A stretch of DNA of 64,000 bases from Patescibacteria group bacterium UBA2196. GTDB lineage: Bacteria > Patescibacteriota > Patescibacteriia > UBA2196. The notes beneath the pieces were generated by a model. That model saw only the letters and a list, made by a program, of their open reading frames with translations, did not search any database and was not told the DNA's origin. The stretch spans positions 5,882 through 69,881 of the forward strand of contig DCVE01000014.1 of NCBI GenBank assembly GCA_002328025.1, written 5' to 3'. The stretch's first letter is position 1. Each line of letters starts with the position of its first letter. Below are positions 52,788-62,184 of this stretch, in pieces. Made by a program: the position numbers and the translations under genes.

Positions 52788-52973
52788 AAGATTAAAATAA
52801 TCTTAACATATTGGCTTAAAAAAACAAAAACACTTCGTTTTTTCAGAAGTGCTTTGATTTTTGTTTTGGTTTTTTTTAAAGAGCAGGGGACTAACTATAT
52901 TAAATAGTTTTTATGGGGTAACACAATTATTTTAGACGCCTTGTGTGTGGCGTTTTAATGACCCCCAAAAAAC

Positions 52974-53102
52974 TTAATTACTCAATAAAAAAACAGTCGA
53001 CACCAGAAAAATTGCGACTGCCACATAAAAATAAGACTTTATTAGTTTATCGGTTCTTTTGTCAATAAAAAAACCTGAATTGCTGGTTTCTTGTTTATAC
53101 AT
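52974..53102 (-). CDS. Unannotated 42-aa small membrane protein
   Basis: MYKQETSNSGFFIDKRTDKLIKSYFYVAVAIFLVSTVFLLSN*; promoter directly upstream. Confidence 0.5.
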   Translation of the reverse strand: MYKQETSNSGFFIDKRTDKLIKSYFYVAVAIFLVSTVFLLSN

Positions 53103-53138
53103 ATTTTTATTTTTGTTTTTATTTTAACTAACAAATTA

Positions 53139-53167
53139 AGTATAGCACACTTTTTTACAAAAGTCAA
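53139..53167 (-). promoter_or_regulatory. Minus-strand sigma70 promoter
   Basis: TTGACT-N17-TATACT with extended -10 TG. Confidence 0.65.
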
Positions 53168-53205
53168 TCAAAATAGGTAATTTTTATGCACATTACCCTT
53201 TTCTA

Positions 53206-53234
53206 TTGACAAGAATTAGTTTTTGTAATACACT
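53206..53234 (+). promoter_or_regulatory. Sigma70 promoter of radical SAM/peptide operon
   Basis: TTGACA-N17-TACACT. Confidence 0.7.
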
Positions 53235-53318
53235 TTTTAAATAAAATTTAAAAAATACCTTTAAAAGCACAGAATATAAATAATAAAGATAAAGGGTATT
53301 ATTAGTTGGAGGTTACAG

Positions 53319-53558
53319 ATGGACAGACAAGATATTCTCACTCGGGCAAAAAAAATATGCCCGGCAGATTTAGAGCCAAGCACAATTGCTCGACGCCTCA
53401 ATAGGGAATTTGAACTTGAACTGGCTGCAGCTCAAGGCATCATGTTCCGATTGAAACCGGATCTTTTTGCGGGAATAAAAAATGTTCAACAAGTTATCGT
53501 GATATTGCTCGATCTGCTTGATGTCGAGTTAACCCACGACAAGCCAGGTTGGCCATAA
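53319..53558 (+). CDS. Small helical protein, possibly RRE/PqqD-like; ends in THDKPGWP
   Basis: GGAGGT SD; TIARRLNREFELELAAAQ resembles PqqD helices; first gene of operon. Confidence 0.6.
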   Translation: MDRQDILTRAKKICPADLEPSTIARRLNREFELELAAAQGIMFRLKPDLFAGIKNVQQVIVILLDLLDVELTHDKPGWP

Positions 53559-53577
53559 ATCAGAATAGGAGGGGAGT

Positions 53578-54588
53578 ATGGAATCTCAGTTTAATGTGCC
53601 AGTGCCAGTGCATACCGTTCTGAAAGTTTCGGAAAGGTGTAATCTGGGTTGTGTCGGGTGCTATTATAAAAGACACATGAGAAATAGACCGAGCACTATA
53701 GACCCAGTAACCACTACGTTACTTTTGGCCAAGAAAATAAAAAAATACAACGATAGCTTCCAGAAACCTTCGGACATCATTCTGCATGGCGGAGAACCAG
53801 GGTTGATTGGTCTTGGCCAGCTAGAAGAGATCGTTGACGGTATTCATCAGGCCGGAGCGGCCGTCAGTTTTGTCACCAACCTGGCCTTTGCCCGGCTCAA
53901 TGATCGTTGGCTTGCATTATTAGCCAGGTTCGATCATTTTGGCGTTTCTTTGAATGGGGACGAGAGGGGCAATGCCGGACGAGCATTTAAGAATGGTCGA
54001 GCTTCTTTCCCGCTTGTCACTCGAAACCTGAGGGCACTAAGAGAAGCTAAGGTTCAAAACTATGGCATTATCTGCACTGTCACCAGAGACAATGTCGGAC
54101 GTGGTTTTGACACAGCCATTTTTCTGCATAGCCTATGCACAGATGTAAAAATCCTACCCATGGATCAGCCAAATTTTAAGCCGATGGAGCTCGCCACTTT
54201 TTTAGAGGAGTCTCTTCGGGCGTTTTTGGTGCTTGATGATCCGGAATTTCGTCTGTCATCCGTAGATGAGGGGCTACGCCTTTTAAAGGGGATAGATCCA
54301 TTGAGCTGCACATTAAGCAGACAGTTCGCCTGTAAGTATAATATTACAGTAAAGTTGAACGGCGACGTATTGCCATGTGACTCAGTCGGGGTGGACCTAT
54401 TCCAGATCGGTGGGAATCTTTTCCAAACAGAAATGGATGAGATTCTATCTGGTCCAAAGTGGTCAGGCTTGATGCACCAATTTGAAAGCGCAAAAAAAAG
54501 TCAATTCCATTGCGCTTGTACCAATGGTGTTTACCTTGAGGCGTGGCAAAAATACGTGAATACCCTTAAGGAAACACTTGGAAGTTAA
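53578..54588 (+). CDS. Radical SAM peptide maturase with SPASM/twitch-like C-terminus
   Basis: AGGAGGGG SD; CNLGCVGC, LHGGEP, GVSLNG, C-x7-C..GDVLPCD, GNL. Confidence 0.88.
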   Translation: MESQFNVPVPVHTVLKVSERCNLGCVGCYYKRHMRNRPSTIDPVTTTLLLAKKIKKYNDSFQKPSDIILHGGEPGLIGLGQLEEIVDGIHQAGAAVSFVTNLAFARLNDRWLALLARFDHFGVSLNGDERGNAGRAFKNGRASFPLVTRNLRALREAKVQNYGIICTVTRDNVGRGFDTAIFLHSLCTDVKILPMDQPNFKPMELATFLEESLRAFLVLDDPEFRLSSVDEGLRLLKGIDPLSCTLSRQFACKYNITVKLNGDVLPCDSVGVDLFQIGGNLFQTEMDEILSGPKWSGLMHQFESAKKSQFHCACTNGVYLEAWQKYVNTLKETLGS

Positions 54589-54608
54589 CCAACTGAAAGG
54601 AGATTAGT

Positions 54609-54725
54609 ATGACAGCGCTCAACGCTGCAGTGTTGCGTGTCATCGCCGAAAGCACCCACCCTCGCACGTGCCAAATTACTACCCATGACAAGGGATGGGA
54701 CAAAGATTGGGGCAAAAAGAAATAG
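54609..54725 (+). CDS. Unannotated 38-aa RiPP precursor candidate (triceptide-like)
   Basis: AAAGGAG SD; MTALNAAVLRVIAESTHPRTCQITTHDKGWDKDWGKKK*. Confidence 0.75.
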   Translation: MTALNAAVLRVIAESTHPRTCQITTHDKGWDKDWGKKK

Positions 54726-54728
54726 GCG

Positions 54729-54793
54729 AGGAACACCATAGCACGAGGGCACTAAACAAATCACAAAAAAGATTTGTCCCTGGTGTCCTTTTT
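54729..54793 (+). terminator. Long stem-loop/terminator after precursor gene
   Basis: AGGAACACC..AGGG..ACAAATC-loop-GATTTGT-CCCT-GGTGTCCT-TTTT. Confidence 0.6.
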
Positions 54794-54831
54794 AATTAAA
54801 TATAAAAAATAAATTATAGCAAAAAAATATA

Positions 54832-54865
54832 GCAGGGTCTCTCATAGAGTACCCTGTATTTTTTT
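54832..54865. terminator. Hairpin between convergent RiPP operon and thrS
   Basis: CAGGGT-CTCT-cat-AGAG-t-ACCCTG followed by T tract; A tract upstream. Confidence 0.6.
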
Positions 54866-54888
54866 GACAGTTTTAAATTTGCATTCCT

Positions 54889-56658
54889 TTACAACTCAAC
54901 TGTTTTATCATCAACCACCTTCTTGATATGCTCCATAAATTTTTCTTTTTCAAATTCCACGGTTTCTTTTTCCCCGCGTTTTCGGATTTGTAGTTTATCC
55001 GAGCCCATTTCTTTATCGCCGATCACCAGCATATAAGGAATTTTTTCTGCTACGGCTTTACGGATTTTATTGCCCACGGTTTCATTTTCATCCCAAACCT
55101 CCACCCTGATATTTTCATTTTTAAATTCTTGAGCTAATTTTTGGCAATGTGCGGCATGTGCTTCAGCGACAGAAATTATTACCACCTGTGTTGGAGAAAG
55201 CCATACAGGAAACGCCCCAGCATAACGTTCAATTAAGAACGCCATTGTTCTTTCTAGACAACCAATTGAAGAACGATGAATAACTATCGGTCTTTCTTGC
55301 TCTCCGTTTTTATTAGTAAAAAACAAGTCAAATCTTTCCGGCATCACAAAATCATATTGTACAGTAAAGGCAGTTTCTTCATTGCCAGAAATTTTTTTCA
55401 TTTGAATATCAATTTTTGGTCCATAAAATGCAGCTTCGTTGGCAGCTTCATAAAATGGCGCCTTAACTTCAGTCAAAACTTCTCGCAACACATTTTCGGC
55501 GTAATTCCAAGCCTCGTCATCTTTATAATATTTTTTAGTATCTGATCGATCGCCCAGTGAAAGGCGATAGCGATAATCAACACCTTTTACCAATCCCAAA
55601 GTTCCATTAATAAAATCTATTAATTCTAAAACCTCTTTAATAACTTGTTTAGCCTGATCTTTGGCCGAGATAATATGAGCATCAGCTAGACAAAACATTC
55701 TTACACGAGTTAATCCAGACAACTCACCACTTTTTTCGTAACGATATTGGTGAGCAATTTCACCAATACGATAGGGTAAATCACGATAACTGTGCATTTC
55801 AGATTTATAAAACATAAAATGGTGAGGACAAGTCATTGGCTTTAGAATCAATTCCTCATCGTCTATTTTCATAACTGGGTACATAGTGTCCTTATAGTAA
55901 GGATAGTGTCCAGATTTTTTATAAAGATCAACTTTTGCCAAATCAGGAGTGACCACATGATGATAGCCGTGTTTTATTTCTTCATCAATGGTGAATCTCT
56001 CTAGCTCTCTTTTAATAGTGGCCCCCTTTGGTCCAAACGTTGGTAAGCCTTTGCCTACTAAATCAGAAAATACGAAAAGTCCCAAATCTTTGCCCACAAC
56101 TCTGTGGTCTCTTTTTTTTGCTTCTTCTATATTTTTTAAATATTCACCAAGTTCTTTTTTAGATTCAAAAGCCGTGCCATAAATTCTAGTTAACATTTTA
56201 TTTTTCTCATCTCCATGCCAATAAGCGCCAGCAATTTTTAATAATTTAAAAGCTTTAATTTCGCCAGTTGAATTGACATGTGGCCCGGCGCACAAATCAA
56301 CAAATTCATTACCAACCCAATACACAGTAGCTTTTTCTCCCCGCGTTTCTATTTCATCCAGCCATTCTTCTTTATATTCATTGCTCTTAAATAACTCTCG
56401 CGCTTCGGCAACGGAAATTTCTTTTTTTGTAATTGGTAAATTTTCCGCAATAATTTTTTGCATTTCCGCTTCAATTTTTGGAAAATTTTCCTCGGAAATT
56501 TTTGTTGCTGAATCAAAATCAAAATAAAAGCCCTCGTCAGTAGCCGGCCCCATCGCCATTTTTATACTAGGATAAAGCTTGAGCATGGCCATTGTCAGCA
56601 CATGCTCGGCGCTATGGCGTAGTGCCCACAAACTGTCTTTGTGTTGTTCTTTAGACAT
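54889..56658 (-). CDS. thrS: Threonyl-tRNA synthetase
   Basis: RHSAEHVL, DLCAGPH, RDHR, KPMTCPHH, RYEKSGELSGLTRVR, AFYGPKID. Confidence 0.97.
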   Translation of the reverse strand: MSKEQHKDSLWALRHSAEHVLTMAMLKLYPSIKMAMGPATDEGFYFDFDSATKISEENFPKIEAEMQKIIAENLPITKKEISVAEARELFKSNEYKEEWLDEIETRGEKATVYWVGNEFVDLCAGPHVNSTGEIKAFKLLKIAGAYWHGDEKNKMLTRIYGTAFESKKELGEYLKNIEEAKKRDHRVVGKDLGLFVFSDLVGKGLPTFGPKGATIKRELERFTIDEEIKHGYHHVVTPDLAKVDLYKKSGHYPYYKDTMYPVMKIDDEELILKPMTCPHHFMFYKSEMHSYRDLPYRIGEIAHQYRYEKSGELSGLTRVRMFCLADAHIISAKDQAKQVIKEVLELIDFINGTLGLVKGVDYRYRLSLGDRSDTKKYYKDDEAWNYAENVLREVLTEVKAPFYEAANEAAFYGPKIDIQMKKISGNEETAFTVQYDFVMPERFDLFFTNKNGEQERPIVIHRSSIGCLERTMAFLIERYAGAFPVWLSPTQVVIISVAEAHAAHCQKLAQEFKNENIRVEVWDENETVGNKIRKAVAEKIPYMLVIGDKEMGSDKLQIRKRGEKETVEFEKEKFMEHIKKVVDDKTVEL

Positions 56659-56688
56659 ATTATTATATTTTTAATTTATTAAAAATTT

Positions 56689-56890
56689 AAAAAACCCTCC
56701 AACCCAAAAATACTAAAATTAGTATCTATGGGACGGAAGGCTTTATTTTTTATTTAATAATTTATACCTTTCGCGGTTCCACCCAACTTCTCGCCTCATC
56801 GGCGAACACTTTTTAAAATTGTTTTGAGGCTTAGGGAATTTTTCCACCCATGTTTGGATGCAAGCTTGGTGAACCTGCCAATCACCTCAT
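56689..56890 (-). promoter_or_regulatory. T-box riboswitch upstream of thrS
   Basis: Minus strand TTGGGTGGAACCGCG (56786-56772), stem III hairpin before it, downstream CGTCCC antiterminator arm and terminator CCTTCCGTCCCA..TGGGTTGGAGGG-TTTTTT. Confidence 0.85.
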
Positions 56891-56929
56891 TTTGTACTTA
56901 TAAAATAATACAGCTGTTTTTGCCACTTG

Positions 56930-58075
56930 TCAATTTTTTACTTCAATCACTATATGATCGGCCATGCTGGGTACTGCCTTAACCCAAAATGGCCAGAACT
57001 TTACTTCTACATTTTTTATATTGTCATATTGATCAAAAAAATATTTGACACCATCTTTGTCCAGACCATAAAGTTTTTCTTTTTCAATTGTCTGCGGATT
57101 AAGCTCCTTTAAATTATAGGCCGAAAGTGAAGTTGTAACCCGTGCGGTCGTATCCACTAGATTATCCAACGTGTATTTAAAAGAATCTAAATTATAACTT
57201 ATTAAAGTAGTTTGGCTGGGCATTTGTTTTTTGTACTCATCTTTGGTTAGGCTGAGTAATTTTTCTTTATCCAAAGAAACAACAGTGACTTGTGCTTTAA
57301 TTGTAATGGTATATTTTTCCACTTCGTCGCCCTCTTTATTAGATATATTTTCTTCTAAAATTTTTTTATCCAAAAAAATTATATTTTGTTCGCTGTCTTG
57401 AATGCCTAATTTTTCTTTTATATCTTTATCCAAATCAGTTAAGGTCGTCTTTTGGGCAGCGGTTATTTCTTCTGTGCTAAGGCGACCAATTTTTTTAACG
57501 CCGCCGTTCATGACTGTGGTGGTTTTGCCATAAATCTTACTTTGTAAGGTTTCGCTCAGGCCCGGAATGGTAAAACTCGTTGGCGCGATGTCATATTTAT
57601 CACCGCTTTGGTCAGCCTCAACGGTGGCGGTTATTTCCTGCTTGGCCGGCACTGTCACGTTTTCTTGCAGACGAAAAATTAGACCATTGGGTGCCAAAAA
57701 TCTGGTGGTGGCAATCAATGTCTGGCTTTTATCATTATCATTTGTAATTGTCATTATACCCGTGGCTTTGCCGGGTTCAGTTTTAAAGTTTTGCACCTCA
57801 AAGTTTTTAACTATTTCTACTTCCTGGGTTGTAAGTGTACCGTTCAAGACCACCTCAGTTGAAGTTGTATTTAATGGGATATTAAAAGTAAAGCTTTTTG
57901 CCTCGGGGGCTTCTTTGGGTTCCAAAGTGATAACAGCTTTAGAAAGAGTAAAGTAAACAATTATCAAGGTTAAAAGGGAGGTCAAAACGATAAATGAAAG
58001 CGCTATTTTTTTATACGGTCTGTCGGGTAAAGAAAACTGTTCTTCTTGCCCGATCTCTTTGTTTTGTTTTGACAT
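56930..58075 (-). CDS. Membrane-anchored protein with baseplate J/gp47-like domain
   Basis: N-terminal TM; ATG.MTITN...TRF..GLIFRL..VTVPA..VEADQ.G..Y.I..FTIPGL; WPFWV. Confidence 0.6.
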   Translation of the reverse strand: MSKQNKEIGQEEQFSLPDRPYKKIALSFIVLTSLLTLIIVYFTLSKAVITLEPKEAPEAKSFTFNIPLNTTSTEVVLNGTLTTQEVEIVKNFEVQNFKTEPGKATGIMTITNDNDKSQTLIATTRFLAPNGLIFRLQENVTVPAKQEITATVEADQSGDKYDIAPTSFTIPGLSETLQSKIYGKTTTVMNGGVKKIGRLSTEEITAAQKTTLTDLDKDIKEKLGIQDSEQNIIFLDKKILEENISNKEGDEVEKYTITIKAQVTVVSLDKEKLLSLTKDEYKKQMPSQTTLISYNLDSFKYTLDNLVDTTARVTTSLSAYNLKELNPQTIEKEKLYGLDKDGVKYFFDQYDNIKNVEVKFWPFWVKAVPSMADHIVIEVKN

Positions 58076-58091
58076 ATTTTTAATTTATTAT

Positions 58092-61000
58092 TTACGTAAA
58101 AAATTTTAATTCAACACTATTTATGCCGATCATCTTTTCCAGTGTCATTTTTATGTTTTCATTATAACTTATTTTATAATTTGTTTCAATTTTGCGACAG
58201 GTACCATTATGATTAACAATAATATTGACCTGCGTTTCGCCTGGCGAATTTAAGAAGACCTCCTTAATTTGATTGTGTATGATTGAATCAAAAAAACGTG
58301 GCAGTGTCACTTGAAGATATTGTTGCAATGGTTGTTTAGCTATTGGTTGATTATGATGTGTGGGGTTAGTATTATAAAATTGTCGTTGTACGTGGGAGTT
58401 GTTGTAGGAGTTTGAATTTTGTATTTTTTGAATGGCGGCAGGTGTTTCTTCAACAGTAAAATTACAACCATGTTCAACAATTATTTTTACTTCCTCGTCG
58501 CGATTGGAGATTCTTCCGTTTATAGCAATAAACTTTTCTGCTTCCCAAACTGATTCATTTTTTTTAAGCACACTTGGAAATACAATTAGTTCTATGCTGG
58601 TGGTCATGTCCTCAATGGTGACAAAAAGCATCAGCTCGTTTTTTTTGGTGAATATTTTTTTAACGTTGCTTATTAAGCCCAAACTCAAAATTTTTTCATC
58701 ATCACTTTTGTTTTTGATTTCGGTCAAGGTGGAAACCGTGCCATTAATTTGTAAAGCCACGGCGCTAAAAGGATGTGATGAAACATATAGACCCAAAAGT
58801 TCTTTTTCCCACGCTAATTTGTTTTGATCATTAGCTGCTGTGACTGGTTTTAAATTTAGTGGCGGCATTTTTTTTGGTCCGCTATTTTGATCATTAAAAT
58901 TAAAAAGAGAAAATTGTTTACTGTCTTGATCTTTTTTGCCGTTTTTTATGTAATTTAAAATTTGATCAATATTTTCTACCACCATATTTCTTTCAATCAA
59001 AGAATCCAATGCGCCACTTTTTGCCAACGCCTCCAAAGATTTTTTATTTAAATTACGTGAATGCACACGATTTAGTAAATCTTCCAAGCTTACAAAATTA
59101 CCATTTTCTTGCCGTTCTTTGATTAAAAAAGTAATAATATCGCTGCCTAAGTTTTTGATTGCTAAAAGTCCAAAGCGGATGGTTTGATCAGAAACATAGG
59201 TAAAACTATGAAAGGATTGATTTATATCGGGTGGTAGCACCTGAATACCCATTTTTTTAGCTTCATGAACCGTGGCTGCAATTTTTTCTGGTTCATCAAA
59301 TTGCATTGTCAAAACAGCAGTCAAAAATTCAGCTGGCCAATGGGCTTTTAGATAAGCAGTTTGATAAGCCACCAGACCATAAGAGGCGGCGTGAGCTTTA
59401 TTAAAACCATAGGCGGCAAACGGAGTGATGAGTTGCCAAAGTTCATTTGTTTTTTCTTGGGATAAATTATTTTTTTGACAACCATTTTTAAATTTTTCTT
59501 CCTGGGCTGCCATTTCGGCTGGAATTTTTTTACCCATGGCTTTTCTAAATTTATCAGCTTCTTCCCAAGTGTAGCCGGCCAGATTGATGGCGATCAAAAG
59601 CACGTCGTCTTGATAGGTGATAATACCATAAGACATATCCAAAATATCTTTAAGCCGTGGATCAAGATAGGTTATGGAGCTTGGGTTGTGTTTACGACGA
59701 ATGAATTCGGGAATAGATTCCATTGGTCCTGGGCGGTATAAAGCCACCATGGCCATGATGTCAAAAATATTGGTTGGTTTTAAATCTATTAAATATTTAG
59801 TCATGGCCGAACCGCCCAACTGAAAAAGTCCAATAGTTTGGCCACGTGCCAAAAGAGCAAAAGTGTTTTTATCATCAAGTGGAATATTATTAATATCCAC
59901 CTCAACGTTTTTTATTTTTTTTATTAGTTTTACCGCTTCGCCCAAAATTGAAAGATTGGTAATACCCAAAAAATCAAATTTTAATAAACCAGCTGCTTCG
60001 GAAGATTTCATTTCATATTGAGTTATTTTTTTGCGTCCGGCTGGATCTCTTTGCAAGGGCACAAAATTAGTTATTTTGCTTGGTGCGATTAAAGTTCCGG
60101 CCGCATGTACAGAAGAATGGCGTGCACAGCCTTCAATTTTTTGTGCCAAATCCAGTACCTGTTTGGCCCGTGGGTCGTTTTGATAAATATTTTTTAATTC
60201 CTGATTCATTTCCAGGGCTTTTTTTATTGTCATAGGAAAACCCTGCGAACCAAAGGGGATTAATTTTGATAAGCGATCGCCAAATTCATATGGCAAGCCC
60301 AAAACCCGCGTCACATCACGCACTGAACCGCGCGCCATCATGGTGCCAAAAGTACAAATTTGTGCCACCTTGTCGTCGCCATATTTCTGTTTGGCGTATT
60401 CAAATAATTCTTCGCGCCGATTATCGGCAAAATCCATATCAATATCCGGCGGTGTCGGACGAAAAGGATTTAAGAATCTTTCAAAGGGTAATTTAAATTT
60501 TAATGGGTCAATGGTAATAATTCCAATACAATAACTAACCAATGATCCAGCGGCCGAACCACGAGTGGTAACTACAATACCCTGTGTGCGCGCCCAATTA
60601 ATTAGGTCTGCCACAGTCAAAAAATATGGAGAATAACCCTTGCTTTTAATAACTTCTAATTCGTAGTTCAATCTGTCTTTATAAACTTGGCTTGGGGTTG
60701 AAATTTTTTCTTGTAATCCATTTTCAGCCTGTGTTCGTAATTCTTCGTCAGCAGTCTTGCCGCTGGGAATTTCTATAGTTGGAAAGTTCCATTTACCCAG
60801 ATCCAATTCTAAATTACACAGGTTGGCTATTTTTTGTGTATTGGCAATTGCTTCTGGTATGTGTTTGAATTTTTCTTCCATTACTTCTGGGCTGCTAAAA
60901 GAACAGTCAAATTCACGCATCGTCAAACGTTTGGGATCACTTAAAGTCGTACCAGTGTTGATGCACAAAAGCACTTCTTGTGCCTCAGCGTCTTCTTTAT

Positions 61001-61631
61001 CTATATAGTGGGCATCTTTGGTAACTATTAAAGGCGTTGCTGTTTTTTTGCCCAAGGCAATAATTTTTTCAAAAAGTTCTTCTTGACCATTTATATTTTC
61101 ACCCAGATAGACCATTTCCAAATAAAAATTTTCTACTCCAAAAATATCTTTGTATTCCAAGGTTAATTTTTCAGCTAAATTTATGTCACTACTCCTTAAA
61201 GCGCGAGCAATTTCGCCGGCCCAGCAGGCTGAAGTAGCAATTAATCCGCCAGAATATTTTTTTAAAACCTCTTTATCCAAACGTGGTTTATAATAAAAAC
61301 CATCAAGCTGGGCAATGGTAGCTAGTTCGATTAGATTGTGGTAACCAACCATGTCTTTAGCCAGAAGTATTAAATGTGCTGGCTTGTCATCAATTTTTGT
61401 TTTTTTATAAATCAATTTTCTGGGTGCTATATAAGTTTCTATGCCAATGATGGGTTTTATGTTGGCCTCTTTGGCTTTTTGATAAAATTCAATAGCGCCA
61501 TACATTGCGCCATGATCAGTTAAAGCCATGGCCGGCATTTTATATTCCACACATTTTTTTATATATTCCTTAATTTTTGGCAAACCATCTAAAAGGGAAT
61601 AATGTGAATGATTATGAAGATGGATGAACAT
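58092..61631 (-). CDS. dnaE: DNA polymerase III alpha subunit
   Basis: HLHNHSHYSLLDG, RGSAAGSLV, FERFLNP.R..PDIDMDF, KFDFLG, YGFNKAHAASY. Confidence 0.97.
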   Translation of the reverse strand: MFIHLHNHSHYSLLDGLPKIKEYIKKCVEYKMPAMALTDHGAMYGAIEFYQKAKEANIKPIIGIETYIAPRKLIYKKTKIDDKPAHLILLAKDMVGYHNLIELATIAQLDGFYYKPRLDKEVLKKYSGGLIATSACWAGEIARALRSSDINLAEKLTLEYKDIFGVENFYLEMVYLGENINGQEELFEKIIALGKKTATPLIVTKDAHYIDKEDAEAQEVLLCINTGTTLSDPKRLTMREFDCSFSSPEVMEEKFKHIPEAIANTQKIANLCNLELDLGKWNFPTIEIPSGKTADEELRTQAENGLQEKISTPSQVYKDRLNYELEVIKSKGYSPYFLTVADLINWARTQGIVVTTRGSAAGSLVSYCIGIITIDPLKFKLPFERFLNPFRPTPPDIDMDFADNRREELFEYAKQKYGDDKVAQICTFGTMMARGSVRDVTRVLGLPYEFGDRLSKLIPFGSQGFPMTIKKALEMNQELKNIYQNDPRAKQVLDLAQKIEGCARHSSVHAAGTLIAPSKITNFVPLQRDPAGRKKITQYEMKSSEAAGLLKFDFLGITNLSILGEAVKLIKKIKNVEVDINNIPLDDKNTFALLARGQTIGLFQLGGSAMTKYLIDLKPTNIFDIMAMVALYRPGPMESIPEFIRRKHNPSSITYLDPRLKDILDMSYGIITYQDDVLLIAINLAGYTWEEADKFRKAMGKKIPAEMAAQEEKFKNGCQKNNLSQEKTNELWQLITPFAAYGFNKAHAASYGLVAYQTAYLKAHWPAEFLTAVLTMQFDEPEKIAATVHEAKKMGIQVLPPDINQSFHSFTYVSDQTIRFGLLAIKNLGSDIITFLIKERQENGNFVSLEDLLNRVHSRNLNKKSLEALAKSGALDSLIERNMVVENIDQILNYIKNGKKDQDSKQFSLFNFNDQNSGPKKMPPLNLKPVTAANDQNKLAWEKELLGLYVSSHPFSAVALQINGTVSTLTEIKNKSDDEKILSLGLISNVKKIFTKKNELMLFVTIEDMTTSIELIVFPSVLKKNESVWEAEKFIAINGRISNRDEEVKIIVEHGCNFTVEETPAAIQKIQNSNSYNNSHVQRQFYNTNPTHHNQPIAKQPLQQYLQVTLPRFFDSIIHNQIKEVFLNSPGETQVNIIVNHNGTCRKIETNYKISYNENIKMTLEKMIGINSVELKFFT

Positions 61632-61694
61632 AATTTTGGTTATTTTTTATCTTTATCAACTATATCTTATCAGACTAAAAAATGATTGACAAAT

Positions 61695-61727
61695 AAAAAA
61701 ACACACACCCAAAAGGGGAGTGTTTTT
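61695..61727. terminator. Hairpin/terminator between hypothetical gene and dnaE
   Basis: AAAAAACAC..CCC-aaaa-GGG..GTGTTTTT. Confidence 0.5.
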
Positions 61728-61756
61728 ATATTTAAAATTAAAGCTAATTTTAAGGG

Positions 61757-62077
61757 TTATTTTTTATTTTTTACGGCTTTATCTGTTTTTTGTATCACGT
61801 TGCCATTATTATTTTTTTCATTTTTAAAATAACCAACTATTTTACTAATACCTTCAGCCGCCAGATTGATATACAAAGCTGTGTTTTCCAGTTTATCTTT
61901 GGCAGACTTTGTTAAATCGTCAAGCATTTTTAATTTTTTCTTAATACTTGTCGTGATTTGATATGCGCGGCGCATAATCATAATAACATAAAAAAGCCAC
62001 CAACTGGTAAAGATGGTCAGCCACAAGACGCAGAAAGCAATTATGATATAAAGTAGATCAAGCGAAGTTTCTAGCAT
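61757..62077 (-). CDS. Hypothetical membrane protein
   Basis: N-terminal TM plus coiled coil. Confidence 0.7.
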   Translation of the reverse strand: MLETSLDLLYIIIAFCVLWLTIFTSWWLFYVIMIMRRAYQITTSIKKKLKMLDDLTKSAKDKLENTALYINLAAEGISKIVGYFKNEKNNNGNVIQKTDKAVKNKK

Positions 62078-62184
62078 ATTTTTATTTTTTAAATTAAGTT
62101 TAATGTGGTGGATAAATTATACCATTTTATTTTATTTTAACAAAATTTGTGTTATAATAATTATTATTAAATTAATTTTTCCCC

